DNA of 64,000 nt from an uncultured Alphaproteobacteria bacterium (GCA_963721275.1 CAVRIQ010000028.1:14239-78238); one strand, 5' to 3'; counted from the first letter of the stretch, positions 48,234 to 59,570 are shown. Made by a program: numbers and translations. Notes: generated by a model from the sequence alone, not told the origin.

Positions 48234-51200
48234 TCACTCCATATCCGACAACAGCGCGGCGTTGCCGCCGGCGGCCGACGTGTTGACGGTCACGGTCTGT
48301 TCGGTCGCGAATCGGGCCAGATAATGCGGCCCGCCGGCCTTGGGACCGGTGCCCGACAGGCCCTCGCCGCCGAACGGCTGCACGCCGACCACCGCGCCGA
48401 TCATGTTGCGGTTGACGTAGATGTTACCGACGGAAAGCTGCTCGATCACGGTCTCGACCGTATCGTCGATGCGGGAGTGGATGCCCAGCGTCAGGCCATA
48501 GCCCGTCCGTTCGATCGATTGCAGCACGCGGTCGAGCCGGTCGGCCGGGTAGCGCACCACGTGCAGGACCGGGCCGAACACTTCCTCGGTCAATTGGCCG
48601 GCGTCCGTCAGTTCGAAGACGTGCGGCGCGACGTAATTGCCGGAAGGAGCGACGCCCGCGAAATGCACGCGGGCCTCGTTTTTCATGCGCGCGATATGTG
48701 TTTCCAGCCGCTGCTTGGCCTCGCTGTCGATCACCGGTCCGATCTGCGTGGCGATGTCGCGCGGGTCACCGATCCCGAGTTCGCGCGCCGCGCCCGCGAT
48801 CATCTCGATCATGCGTGCGGCGACGTCGTCCTGAACGAACAATAGCCGCAGCGCCGAGCAGCGCTGGCCGGCGGAGCGGAACGCCGAGGTCACGACGTCG
48901 TCGGCGACCTGTTCCGGCAAGGCGGTTGCGTCCACGATCATCGCATTGATGCCGCCGGTTTCCGCGATCAGCGGCACGATCGGGCCGTCCTTGGCGGCGA
49001 GCGCACGGTTGATCGCGCGCGCGACCGCGGTCGAGCCGGTGAAGACGACGCCGGCGATGTCGGGATGCGCCACGAGAGCCGCGCCGATAGCACCGTCGCC
49101 GGGAAGAAAATGCAGGGCGGAAGCCGGCACGCCGGCCTCGTGCAGCAGGCGAACCGCTTCCGCCGCGATCAGCGGCGTCTGCTCGGCGGGCTTTGCCACC
49201 ACGGCATTGCCGGCCATCAGCGCCGCCGTCACTTGCCCCAGGAAAATCGCCAGCGGAAAATTCCACGGCGAGATCGCGACGAACACGCCGCGGCCGCGCA
49301 GCTGGAGTTCGTTGCTCTCGCCGGTCGGCCCCGGCATCGCCGCGCCGGAAAACACTTTACGGCCTTCCGCGGCGTAGTAGCGGCAGAAGTCGACGGCCTC
49401 GCGGACTTCGGACAGCGCATCATCGAGCGTCTTGCCGCCCTCGCGCTGCAACAGCGCGATGAAATGCGCCAGCCGCTGTTCCAGAAGGTTCGCGGCGTGC
49501 TCCAGGATCTGCGCGCGGCGCTCGGGCGGCGTCCGGCTCCAGGACAAAAACCCCTGCCGGGCGGCGGCGACGGCCTCGCTGGCGTGCGCCGGCGCCGGAT
49601 CGACGACGCTTCCCACTGGAAATGCCGGGTCGATCGGGCTGACGACCGGCCGCGATGTCCCTGTTCTTGTCTTGGCCGTCGATCAGCGGCGCCGCTGCAA
49701 CGGCTTGGGTCTCTGCCGCGACGGCGGCGAGCAGCCCGGTCAATGCGGCGCACTCGCCGAACTCGAGGCCGCGCGAATTCCGCCGCTGCGGCTGGTAGAG
49801 ATCGCGCGGCAGGGGAATCTTCGGATGCCGCGCGTTCGCCGCGGCGCCGATGATATCGGCCGGGCGGCGCAGCAGCGTTGCGGCCGGTACCGCGTCGTCG
49901 GCGGCGAGCGCCACGAAGGACGAATTGGCGCCGTTCTCGAGCAGCCGCCGCACCAGATAGGCCAGGAGATCGCGATGGCTGCCGACCGGCGCGTAGGTCC
50001 GAAAGGCCAGCGCGGGAAAATCCTCGCTCAATTGCGCGTACAGCGCCTCCCCCATGCCGTGCAGGCGCTGGAATTCGAACCCGCCGCTGCCGCCGGCCAG
50101 TTCCTCAACGGTCGCGACCGTCAGCGCGTTGTGGGTGGCGAATTGCGGAAACAGCCGGGGCCGCAAGGCCAGCAGCTTTTGCGCGCAGGCAACGTAGTTG
50201 AGGTCGGTCATCGCCTTGCGGGTGAAGACGGGATAGTCGTCGAGGCCGCGCTCCTGCGCGCGCTTGATCTCGGTGTCCCAATAGGCGCCCTTGACCAGGC
50301 GGACCATCATCCGCCGGTTCAGGGTTCGCGCCAGTTCGTCCACGTGGTCGATCACGGCTTCGGCGCGTTTCTGGTAGGCCTGGATCGCCAGCCCAAAACC
50401 GTCCCAGCCTTGCAATGACGGGTCATGGAACGCGGCCGCGATCACGTCCAGCGACAGTTCCAGCCGGTCCGCTTCCTCGGCGTCGACGGTGAAATTCAGC
50501 TCATAGGCCTTGGCGCGTTGCGCCAGATCGATCAGCCGCGGCACCAGTTCCGCCATGACCCGCGCGCGGCTCAGGGCTTCGAACCGCGGATGCAGCGCGG
50601 AGAGTTTGACCGAGATCCCGGGCCGATCCGGCAGCGGCCGGTCGCCGGCGCTGCGGCCGATGGCCTCGATGGCGCTGGCGTAGGAACTGAAATAGCGCAT
50701 CGCATCGGCGGCGGTGCGCGCGCCTTCGCCGAGCATGTCGAAGGAATAGCGCGGACCAGCCGCCGAATGCGCCCTGGCCAGCGCGGATTCGATGGTCTCG
50801 CCCAGCACGAAATGGCTGCCCATCAGCCGCATCGCCTGCCGCGTGGCGGCGCGTACCGCAGGCGCGCCGAGCCGCTTGGTCAATCGGCCGATCGTGCCCT
50901 GCGGGGTCTCGCCGGGCTGGATCACCCGGGCCGACATGCCGAGCGCCCACGCCGATGCGTTGACCAGGAACGCGCTGGACCTGGTTTCGTGATGGACAAA
51001 ATCGCCCTGTACGAGCTTGTCCTCGATGAACTGGTCGGCGGTGCGGGCATCCGGCACCCGCAGCAGGGCTTCCGCGAGCACCATCAGCGCCAGGCCCTCC
51101 TTGGTGGAGAGCGCGAACTCGCGAAGCATGTCCTCGACGCCGCCGAGCCGGTCGTCATCGGCCCGGATGGCGCCGATCAGCCGCGTCGCCACCCGATCGA

Positions 51201-51318
51201 TCCGCGCGTTCGCTTCCCGGCTCAAGGCGCCGGCTTCGAGAAGCCGCCCCGCCATGAGACCGTCGTCCGGCGCGTAGGCCGCCCTGAACGGCGGAAAAGG
51301 TGAGGGATCGGATGTCAT
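48234..51318 (-). CDS. putA: Bifunctional proline dehydrogenase / P5C dehydrogenase; apparent frameshift at about 49665
   Basis: SFDMLGE, ISVKLSALHPR, RLVKGAYWD, RRLLENGANSSF; then ETGG, GQRCSALR, EEVFGP, QPFGG. Confidence 0.95.
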
Positions 51319-51694
51319 GGCATGCGCGTCCAGTTCCCGCGCACCATCATGCCGCCGGCCACGGCATCGCGAAACCGCTGCGACAGTTTTCGCGCGACTT
51401 TTTTCGATCGGGGCGTGGCGGCGAAGGGGGATGACGGAAAGGCTGGCGCGACCTGGCGGAGCACACCGGTCGAACGCGCGGCCAAGGTCGCAAGGTCGCA
51501 AGGTTGAATGGGTCGTCGGCATATGGCCGCGCAGCTATGCGCAGCCGCCGGACGTCATGGCGATCGAAAAATGGGTCACCGAGGATTGAGCGGTGACCGC
51601 TTTCGCCGATTGCAGTCTGTCGATTAAATTTTCTTGGAAAGCTCCACTCCCGGATTCTTCCGAGAGGGCGCTGTCACCGTCCGCGCGCCAGGCG

Positions 51695-51895
51695 TCAAAC
51701 CTTGAGGTTCTCGGCCGAGGTCTTGCCGCGATTGGCAACTTCCTCGTATTCGACCGTCTGGCCTTCGTTGAGCGTGGAAAGGCCGGCTTTCTCGACCGCC
51801 GAAATATGCACAAACACGTCCTTGCCGCCCGTGTTGGGCTGGATGAACCCGAAGCCCTTGGTCGGGTTGAACCACTTCACAGTACCTTTAGCCAT
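51695..51895 (-). CDS. cspA: Cold-shock protein
   Basis: [24 protein letters not shown]. Confidence 0.97.
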   Translation of the reverse strand: MAKGTVKWFNPTKGFGFIQPNTGGKDVFVHISAVEKAGLSTLNEGQTVEYEEVANRGKTSAENLKV

Positions 51896-52205
51896 TACGT
51901 CGTCTCCGCGGGATCAAAAATAAAAACGGACCGCCAGTCCCCGCAAACCGGCACGTCCGACGGGGCGCAGGATACGCGGTATGCGGCACGCTTGATAGCG
52001 TAAACGACAGGGGGATTTCGGCAAAAAACGATCAATATCGCGGCGCATTTGCAGCTTTTGCGGGTTTTTCCGTCCCTTAACGCGACAAATCACCGCAAAA
52101 TGCCGATCGTTCAAATTTGATCGAATGGAACGCAAGGGGCATGCCATCCCGCCGGTTCCGGGTGCGTGAGTCCGGTCCGGAAACGAATTTCACACCCTTT
52201 CGAAC

Positions 52206-53366
52206 TCAGAAATGGGCATCGATGGATGCCATGCGACGGCGGATTTCCGAGGGATCGTCCTGTCGCTTGGACCACGAGATGTAGGTGGCGGCGAGCGTCA
52301 TGATGGCCACACCGGCCGTGCTCACGAGGATCTGCGCCAGCAGGGAACCCCAACTCAGCAGCAGCGCGAAATGACCGGCAAAGGAGAGAAAGACCCCGAG
52401 GCAAAACACCGCCAGCGATTGCTGGCCGCATACGATCAACGGTCTGAAGATGCGCCATTTCAGCCCTGGCCAGTCCTTCGGCATAAATCGCGTCGCAATG
52501 AATATGGCGGCGAGGAGATGCAGAATGCGATAGGGGGCGAGGTTCTCCCTGTCGTTCGGGTTGAAGGCGTCGAACAGGCGTGCCGGCAACATTTCTCCAA
52601 ATTCGGGAAAACGTCCCGCCATCGTCATGACGAGCGCAAACGCGAGGTAGGCAATCGCCAGATAGAACAGGATCGATGAGCCGAGAAGCGCGCGGCATTT
52701 CTCCGTGCCGCCGAGCGCGAACCAGGCGCCCAGCACGAACAGCAGCTGCCAGCAAAACGGGTTGAAATACCAGTTGCCGTCGGGAAGGGATCGCAGGTTC
52801 CAGTCGAACGCCCGCGCGGCGAAATAGAGCGCAGCCGATCCCGCCAGCGCGAGGTCCGGCTTGCGCAGCATCAGCCACAGCACCGGCGGGAAGAATGCCA
52901 TCAGCACGATGTAGAGCTGCAGAATGTCGAGATTGAGCGGCCTGGATTGCAGCAGCAGCCCGTAGATCAATGTCCGCATCGGATGGTCGACCAGGCCGCC
53001 AACGTTGAATTCATAAATAATGTCGGAAGCGGCATATCGTGCCGCGACGTCCGTGATGGTCACGATGTAGATCACGAACAGGACGACGTAGGCGGCGTAG
53101 AGTTGCCACACCCGCTTGACGATCCGGCTTGCGCCGACGATGAAGCCGCGTTCCAGCGTCATTTTCGCGTAGACGATCGACGCGGCATAACCCGAAATGA
53201 AGATGAAGATGTCGACGGCGCCGCTGAACCCGTAGTTCCTGACCGTGATCAGGTTCACGACGTTGTCCGGAATGTGGTCCAGAAAGATGAACCAGTTCGC
53301 CAAACCGCGAAACAGGTCGATCCTGGCATCGCGCTCGTGCGCCGCGACGATAGCTTTGATGTCCAT
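52206..53366 (-). CDS. OpgC domain membrane protein
   Basis: RIDLFRGLA...FLDH, FIFISGY, LDILQLY, FNPFCWQLLF. Confidence 0.9.
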   Translation of the reverse strand: MDIKAIVAAHERDARIDLFRGLANWFIFLDHIPDNVVNLITVRNYGFSGAVDIFIFISGYAASIVYAKMTLERGFIVGASRIVKRVWQLYAAYVVLFVIYIVTITDVAARYAASDIIYEFNVGGLVDHPMRTLIYGLLLQSRPLNLDILQLYIVLMAFFPPVLWLMLRKPDLALAGSAALYFAARAFDWNLRSLPDGNWYFNPFCWQLLFVLGAWFALGGTEKCRALLGSSILFYLAIAYLAFALVMTMAGRFPEFGEMLPARLFDAFNPNDRENLAPYRILHLLAAIFIATRFMPKDWPGLKWRIFRPLIVCGQQSLAVFCLGVFLSFAGHFALLLSWGSLLAQILVSTAGVAIMTLAATYISWSKRQDDPSEIRRRMASIDAHF

Positions 53367-53605
53367 GAAGGTGGTTTCGTCCCGTATTTCGCAGCCGTGA
53401 TCGGGATCAGCGACCGAGGCGACCGCGAATCGTAGGGCAGACGGTCTCGCGATCCCAATGGACTTTGCGTGATTGGGACTGGCGGATGGCGAACGAGATG
53501 TCAAATCCGCGCTCCCGCCCGTGGCAGCGCGGCGAACATCGCGGCCAATTCGGCGGCGCCTGCCGAATCGGCCCGGCGCGGCACCACCGCCGCGTCAGAG
53601 CCGGT

Positions 53606-53707
53606 AGCGCTTTCAAGCGAAGTGGTGGCCGGTTCGCGTCAGGAAAACGCGTCAAATCAGGAATCCAGAGCCCCGTTTCGATTCAATCGAAACGGAAAAG
53701 ACTCTAG
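53606..53707. repeat. Intergenic repeat (AAGCGAAGTGG...CCGGTTCGCGT...AACGC family), copy 1
   Basis: Shared with 55903-55961; internal CCGTTTCGATT/AATCGAAACGG hairpin. Confidence 0.8.
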
Positions 53708-54027
53708 TAGGTCGCGGCGAGATATTCGACGATCTTGGGAACGTCCGCGTCATCGATCGGCGCGCCATAGATCTTGATCATCTTGGTCACTTCGGCCTGC
53801 CAGAAATCCTTCTTGTATTTGGGGCCGCGCGGCTGGGTGTTGACATAGTCGGCCGAGTGGCAGGCGGTGCAATTGTTCTTCACCACGTCGAGATTGGGGC
53901 CGGGCTTTAACGCGGCGGTTTCCTCCGGAAGCTTGTAGTTGACCGGCGCCGCGGTCACCGAGCCGAAACTCAGGGCAGCGATGGCGGCGGTAGCGAACAG
54001 AGGTGCGAGCAGAAGGCAACGGTTCAT
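53704..54027 (-). CDS. sorB: Small c-type cytochrome (SorB-like)
   Basis: Signal peptide, NCTACHSADY, KMIKIYGAPI; lies directly after the SorA-like gene. Confidence 0.88.
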   Translation of the reverse strand: MNRCLLLAPLFATAAIAALSFGSVTAAPVNYKLPEETAALKPGPNLDVVKNNCTACHSADYVNTQPRGPKYKKDFWQAEVTKMIKIYGAPIDDADVPKIVEYLAATY

Positions 54028-54038
54028 GTCAATTCTCC

Positions 54039-55238
54039 TCACGCCGCGGTGACGCGAACGGTTTCGACGACGTTGCGCATGTAGCCGGCCGGATTCCATC
54101 TGGGCTCGCTCGGCTGGGTGTCGCCGGCATTGTTGGTGGCGCGGACCTGAAGCTCGTGGCTGCCGGTCGCGAGCTTTACGGGCAGCTTCCATTCCCGGAA
54201 CGAATATTTGCCGAGATCCTTGCCGAGTTTCGCCTGCGTCCAGGTTTTGCCGCCATCGGTCGAGACCGTGACTTCCTTGATGCCCTTGCCGCCGTCGAAG
54301 GCGATGCCCTTCAACGCCGTGGTGCCCGGCTTCAGTTTCGCGCCATCGGCCACGCTGGTGATGAACGAGCGAACGTCGAAGCGGTTGATCGGGATCGTCG
54401 CCTTCGGCGCGGTGCCGGGATCGACGCAGGCGCATGGCGTGTCCGGAATCCGGTAGGCGGTCTTCATCCAGAAGCCGTCGAACACGTTGTCGACCACGGT
54501 GATTTCGCTGAGGTGCTTGACCCAGTAGGTGCCGTAATAGCCGGGCACGATCAGGCGCAGCGGGAAACCGTTGAGATAAGGCAGATCCTCGCCGTTCATG
54601 CCGTAGGCCAGCATCACTTCGCCGTCGCGGGCGTGGTCGATATCGAGCGCCTTGACGAAATCCGGCGTCCTGTCGCTGACCGGTCCGTCCATTCCGTTCA
54701 TGGTGATCTGCCTGGCGCCGGCCTGGACGCCGGCCTTGTCCAGCACGGCCTTCAGCGGCACCCCGCGCCAGCGCGCATTGCCCATCGCGCCATTGGCCAG
54801 CTGGCCGCCCGCCACGCGCGGATCGAAAAAGCCGCGGCTGTTGCCCGAGCATTGATTGACGGCGGTGAGTTCGACCGCGGGCAGCTTCCTGATGTCCTTC
54901 AGCGACAATTTGAGGGGATGATCGACCTTGCCCTTGATCTCGAGGGTGAATTTATCCGGATCGATATCGAGCGGCACCCCCGCCAGATGATAGCGGACGA
55001 AGAAAGCATTGTTCGGCGTGATCGGGCCGTCGTTGAAGACGGCAAAGGGCGTCTCGAGCTGCGGCGGCCGCTCGGTCAGGCCGATCATCGGGCGCTTCTG
55101 CGGGTATTTCACCAGCGGCCGGTCGCCGTTGCCGATCGGCAATGTCACGGCATCGAGCGCGAATGCCCTGGCCGAACCGAAACCCGTGGCAAGCGCCGCC
55201 ATTCCAGCGCGCTTCAATATCTCTCGTCTGTCGAGCAT
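54039..55238 (-). CDS. sorA: Tat-exported sulfite oxidase-family molybdoenzyme (SorA-like)
   Basis: DRREIL Tat motif; FFVRYH, QCSGNSR, NGFPLRLIVPGYYG, WNPAGY. Confidence 0.92.
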   Translation of the reverse strand: MLDRREILKRAGMAALATGFGSARAFALDAVTLPIGNGDRPLVKYPQKRPMIGLTERPPQLETPFAVFNDGPITPNNAFFVRYHLAGVPLDIDPDKFTLEIKGKVDHPLKLSLKDIRKLPAVELTAVNQCSGNSRGFFDPRVAGGQLANGAMGNARWRGVPLKAVLDKAGVQAGARQITMNGMDGPVSDRTPDFVKALDIDHARDGEVMLAYGMNGEDLPYLNGFPLRLIVPGYYGTYWVKHLSEITVVDNVFDGFWMKTAYRIPDTPCACVDPGTAPKATIPINRFDVRSFITSVADGAKLKPGTTALKGIAFDGGKGIKEVTVSTDGGKTWTQAKLGKDLGKYSFREWKLPVKLATGSHELQVRATNNAGDTQPSEPRWNPAGYMRNVVETVRVTAA

Positions 55239-55418
55239 GTGCTTCCTCCGAAGCTTTATTGTTGGGGCCGGTCTCCACCGGACTCAGTGACATCATGGTC
55301 ACATCGGAAACCGCCGAGTCAATTCCTGCTTTGGGCGCCTGAACAGGACGCTGCGACGCGGCATCGCGCTGTGTCGGTCGAAGGTCACGGCCGCGCCGAA
55401 CCGGATCCCGAAAAGCGC

Positions 55419-55452
55419 AAAACCCCGGCCGCGCCTGGCGACCGGGGCTTTT
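55419..55452. terminator. Bidirectional-looking intrinsic terminator
   Basis: AAAA-CCCCGG...CCGGGG-CTTTT downstream of 55478..55726. Confidence 0.65.
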
Positions 55453-55477
55453 GGAAACGGGCGAAGCGAAGTTCGGA

Positions 55478-55726
55478 TCAGTAGTCGCAGACGTTGATGG
55501 TGCGCAGGCGATAGCCGAACGGGGTCGGAACGCGGCGCACCACATAGCAGCCGTCGTCGCCGCCGCCGATGAAGCCGATGCCGAAGCGATGGCCGAAGTG
55601 GTGGTGGTGATGCCAGCCGCCGCCCCAGCCACCGCCCCACGGGCCGGCGGAAGCGGCGGTGGGAGCCAGCGCCATCGCGCTGAGAGAAGCTGCGGCAACC
55701 AGTCCAAGAGCAAGTTTGCGTAACAT
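55478..55726 (-). CDS. Small secreted Gly/His/Trp-rich protein
   Basis: AAGGAG RBS; signal peptide; GPWGGGWGGGWHHHHHF; C-terminal CY...VC. Confidence 0.85.
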   Translation of the reverse strand: MLRKLALGLVAAASLSAMALAPTAASAGPWGGGWGGGWHHHHHFGHRFGIGFIGGGDDGCYVVRRVPTPFGYRLRTINVCDY

Positions 55727-55828
55727 GGTCATTCTCCTTCGATGTGCGCCGTGGCGCGGGTTGATGGTTTCAGTTTCACCCATCGCCCGTCAGTCGCACC
55801 CCTGGAGAGCGGGGTTCGAGACAATTTT

Positions 55829-55898
55829 CTGAACAGCCGTTCAGGTGTGCGCTGGATCACACATCGATGTCACGGCGCGGCTGATGTCACGGCGCGGC
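55829..55898. promoter_or_regulatory. Cluster of regulatory-looking motifs: CTGAAC-N4-GTTCAG, CRP-like TGTGC-N6-TCACA, and a 16-bp tandem repeat
   Basis: 55829-55844 palindrome; 55846-55861 is 9/10 to TGTGA-N6-TCACA; GATGTCACGGCGCGGC at 55866 and 55883. Confidence 0.45.
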
Positions 55899-55902
55899 CA
55901 AA

Positions 55903-55961
55903 GGGCTTTTAAGCGAAGTGGATACCGGTTCGCGTGAAGAGAACGCTTCAAAACGAAAGAC
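55903..55961. repeat. Intergenic repeat (AAGCGAAGTGG...CCGGTTCGCGT family), partial copy 2
   Basis: aagcgaagtggataccggttcgcgtgaagagaacgc. Confidence 0.75.
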
Positions 55962-55982
55962 CATGGCCTGGCAATCCAGGCC

Positions 55983-57720
55983 CTAGGCCGCGGCGATTTG
56001 CACATCGTTAACCAGCGCAGACAGCGACTTCGCTTCGACAACGGAGCGGACGATCATCGGCTCGCTGCGTCCGCGTATCGCGACTTGCTGCGGCGGCCGC
56101 GCATCGGCCGCAAGTCCCGCGGTGATGCAAACTTCTTCCGAGACGATCGCTTCGCAGGCGAGGCTCTTGGTCATGTCCTGCAATCTTGCCGCGACATTGA
56201 CGGCGTCGCCGAGCGCGGTGAACACCATGTGGTCGCGGTAGCCGATGTCGCCGATGATCACTTCGCCGCCGTGGATGCCGATGCCGAAGCGGATCGGTTC
56301 GCGCAAATCGTGGCTCAGGAACCGGTTCAACTCGTCGACATTGGCTGCAATCATCGCCGCCGCCCGCAGCGCCTGGCGGCAGGCGGCTTGCGGGCCGGCC
56401 GCGAGCCCGAACAGCGCCAGCAGCCCGTCGCCGACGAACTGGTTGGGCTGGCCGCCGCATTCGACCACGGCCTGCGACACCGCGCCCAGGAAGCGGTTGA
56501 CGATGAAGACGGTATCGAAGGGGAGCTGGTTTTCGGCGAGCCTGGTCGAGCCGCGCATGTCGACGAACATGCTGACCAGATAGCGCTCCTGGCCGATGCG
56601 GTGCGGATGCGAGGCGTGGGCGCCAGCCGACGTCGCCTGCGGCATGAACAGCTGGAAGAAGGAAAGGTCGGTCTGGGGGCGGAGCTGGCAGGCAAGGCGG
56701 ATCGAGGGGTCGGACGCGCCGACGCGGTTGAGCACGAAGGCCTCGCGCGGCGACGGTTCCGGCAGGGCGCTGCAGTCGCCGATGACGCGAATGCGGCAGG
56801 TCGAGCAGCGGGCGCGGCCGCCGCAGACGCTCGCATGCGGGACATTGTAGCGCAGGCTCGCCTCGAGCACGCTGAGGCCCTTCGGCACCCGCACCGTCCG
56901 GCCGTTGCCATAGGACAGATTGATCATGCCGCCGCGGCGCTCGGCGATGGCGCGCCCGCCCCGCGCCGCCAGCACCAATCCGATCAGGCCGAAATAACCG
57001 ATCAGGAAATATTCCACGATGCCGTCCAGCACGTTCTGGTCGGCCGCGGTGCCGACCTGCTGCCGCCCCAGATTCTCCGCTCGCCACTCCGCGCTCTGGC
57101 TGTCGGCGGCGACGGTCCGTCCGCCCTGATACAGGCCGAGCATCGCCAGCGTCGGAATCAATATCGCGGCGGCGAGCAGGAGCGGCGCCGCGCGCTTGTA
57201 GAACACGCGCATGCGCAGCCAGAAATACAGCCCGATGCAGCCGTGGATCCACGCGATCAGCAGCAGCGCGTACATCTGCAGGATCTTGTACGGCCACGCG
57301 ACCCAATAGGCATAGAACACCTGCGGATAGAGCTTTTCATGGCCGAACAGCGTCTGGCCGAGCCGGACGCCGGCAAGGTGGGCGATGATCAGCGCGGGGA
57401 TGCTGAGGCCGAGCGCGAGCTGAAGCGGCTCGATCGCCTTCCAGCGGAATTGCCGCCGCTGATACAGCGCCCAGATGCCGAGACCGGCATGGACCAGCGC
57501 CGCGGTGTAGAACGCGATCGCGACGGGGAGAAACTGCCAGAACATGGTGTGGTAATAGAGGCCGCCGGCAAGCGCATCCATCGAGATATTGCCGAGCGCG
57601 TGGTTGAGGAAATGGCTCACCAGATAAGCGAACAGCACCAGCCCGCAGGTCGAGACGAATCTGCCGGACGCCGACGCCTCGGATGAGCCTTGTCAGCTGT
57701 TCCTGGGAAAATCGGGCCAT
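55983..57720 (-). CDS. Membrane adenylate/guanylate cyclase with His-containing TM domain and 2Fe-2S ferredoxin (CyaC-like); apparent frameshift at about 57651
   Basis: SHFLNH and other TM His; CGGRARCSTC...RLACQ; FVDMRGST, FVGDG, GDAVNVAARL. Confidence 0.92.
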
Positions 57721-57890
57721 GCGGTTCAGTTGAGCGACCATGGGAAATAGATCGGAGATAGTAGAGTTTAATTCCCGGGGGCACCACCATCTCCGAGTCG
57801 TCCCGGCGTATACCGGGATGACTTGGGGGTGTGTTGGTCACCGCTGGATCAATCCGTTGACACCTCTTTCGGAGTCGGGGAAAAGGCCCC

Positions 57891-59549
57891 GTGACGATTG
57901 CCGCCCCCGAGCATAACGCAAAACCGGACAGTTCCGCCTTTCGGCAGCTGCTCGCCGTGGCGGCGTTGATCGCGGCGATGACGGTGTTGCGGGTGATCTA
58001 CGCCGGCGTGATCGATCTGCGCACCGACGAGGCCTATTACTGGACCTGGTCGAAGGAGAACGTGCTCTCCTTCCTCGATCATCCGCCCATGATCGCATGG
58101 TTCATCCGTTTCGGCACCGCGATCTTCGGCGACACCAATCTGGGCGTGCGGTTCGCCGGCATCCTCGCAATGCTGGTGACGCAACTGCTGCTCGCCGATA
58201 TCGTCCGCCGCGTGACGCATGATTTCCGCGCCGTCGCGCTGGCGGTGCTGATGCCGGAAGCCGCGCTTTACTACGGGCTGCTGATGGCCAAGGTCTCGCC
58301 CGATATTGCGCTGATCCCGTTCGCGGTCGCGATGCTGTGGGCGCTGGTGCGGCTTGCCGAGAGCGGCGATGGCCGCTGGTGGCTGGCCGCGGGCGTCTTC
58401 GCGGGGCTTGCGCTGTTGTCGAAATTCACCGCCGTGATGCTGCTTCCGGCGGTCGCGGCATTCATGCTGGTGCCTTCCTGGCGCGGGCGCTGGCTATCCA
58501 GCCCGTATCCGTGGGCGGCGGCACTGATCGCGGTGGCGGTGTTTTCGCCGGTCCTGTTCTGGAATGCCGGGCACGACTGGGCGTCGTTCCGGTTCCAGCT
58601 CGTGCGCGCCACCGCGATCCACGAAGTGTCGTTGCGCACCGTCGGCGATTTCATCGGCCTGCAGTTCGGGCTGGTCGGTGTCATCCTGCTGCCGGTGGTG
58701 CTGTCGGGCGCGAGCATGACGGCGTGGCGCGGTTATCGCCGCGGCGATGCGGTCGCCATTCTGCTGTCGACCGCCGTGCTCGTTCCCTTTCTCTATTTCT
58801 TCTGGAAATCGCTGACGCTTCGGATCGGCGATACCTGGCCGATGTTCCTGTGGCCGGCCGGATTCGCCGCAACCGCCATCAACATCGCGATACTGCGGCG
58901 GGAAGGTCTTCCGGCTTGGATGGTCAGATCGACAATCTCCTGGGCCAGAGCCGCGGTCGTTTCCGGCATCGTCTTCGTCGTTGCGGTGTTTCTCTACTAT
59001 GTCGTTACCCCCTGGAATTTCTTCGGACGGGCCGACCCGATCGGCGGGGAGGCGGGTTACGAGCAGGTCGTGGACCGGGCACAGGCCGAGCTGCAGAACA
59101 CCGGCGCGACCTGGATCGCCACCACCGACTACCGGACCTATGCCATGCTGCGCTGGTTCTTCAACGGCCGCGTGCCGGTGATCCAGATCAACGAGCGCGG
59201 GCGGTTCATGGGTTTTCGCGATCCCGGCATGAATCTGATCAGCGGCCACACCGGGCTCTATGTCGGGCGCGAACCCGACGACAGGAGCCCGGTATGGGCG
59301 TCGACGACGGCGGTCAGGGAACCGCTGGAGCGGGTCGAGCGCAGCTGGCGCGGGAACGTGATGGACACCTACGCGCTGCAGAAGCTGACCGGCTGGACGC
59401 CGGAGCTTTCGCCGCCGCCGGACTCGCCGCTCTATCGCTGGCGCGTGCTGGCGGGCGATGTCCACTGGCCATGGCGCGTCGCGGCGTTGGCCAACCGCGA
59501 CGTCATGGCGCTCTCGTTCGAGGGCCCGATGCCTCGCGATTCCAAATAA
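57891..59549 (+). CDS. GT39/ArnT-PMT family glycosyltransferase
   Basis: TDEAYYWTWS, DHPPM, LLSKFT, multi-TM. Confidence 0.92.
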   Translation: MTIAAPEHNAKPDSSAFRQLLAVAALIAAMTVLRVIYAGVIDLRTDEAYYWTWSKENVLSFLDHPPMIAWFIRFGTAIFGDTNLGVRFAGILAMLVTQLLLADIVRRVTHDFRAVALAVLMPEAALYYGLLMAKVSPDIALIPFAVAMLWALVRLAESGDGRWWLAAGVFAGLALLSKFTAVMLLPAVAAFMLVPSWRGRWLSSPYPWAAALIAVAVFSPVLFWNAGHDWASFRFQLVRATAIHEVSLRTVGDFIGLQFGLVGVILLPVVLSGASMTAWRGYRRGDAVAILLSTAVLVPFLYFFWKSLTLRIGDTWPMFLWPAGFAATAINIAILRREGLPAWMVRSTISWARAAVVSGIVFVVAVFLYYVVTPWNFFGRADPIGGEAGYEQVVDRAQAELQNTGATWIATTDYRTYAMLRWFFNGRVPVIQINERGRFMGFRDPGMNLISGHTGLYVGREPDDRSPVWASTTAVREPLERVERSWRGNVMDTYALQKLTGWTPELSPPPDSPLYRWRVLAGDVHWPWRVAALANRDVMALSFEGPMPRDSK

Positions 59550-59570
59550 TTTTCCGACTTGCATGCAGGC

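Noticed and set aside
48234-51318. Split putA as separate PRODH and P5CDH genes, or a programmed frameshift
   Set aside because: One extra base at about 49665 restores the continuous linker; no slippery site; matches the window-wide indel pattern
54028-54852. Apparent 382-aa cytochrome c with a long N-terminus
   Set aside because: Alternate frame of sorA; the cytochrome starts at 54027 after AGGAG
55998-57686. 562-aa plus-strand ORF
   Set aside because: Antisense shadow of the adenylate cyclase
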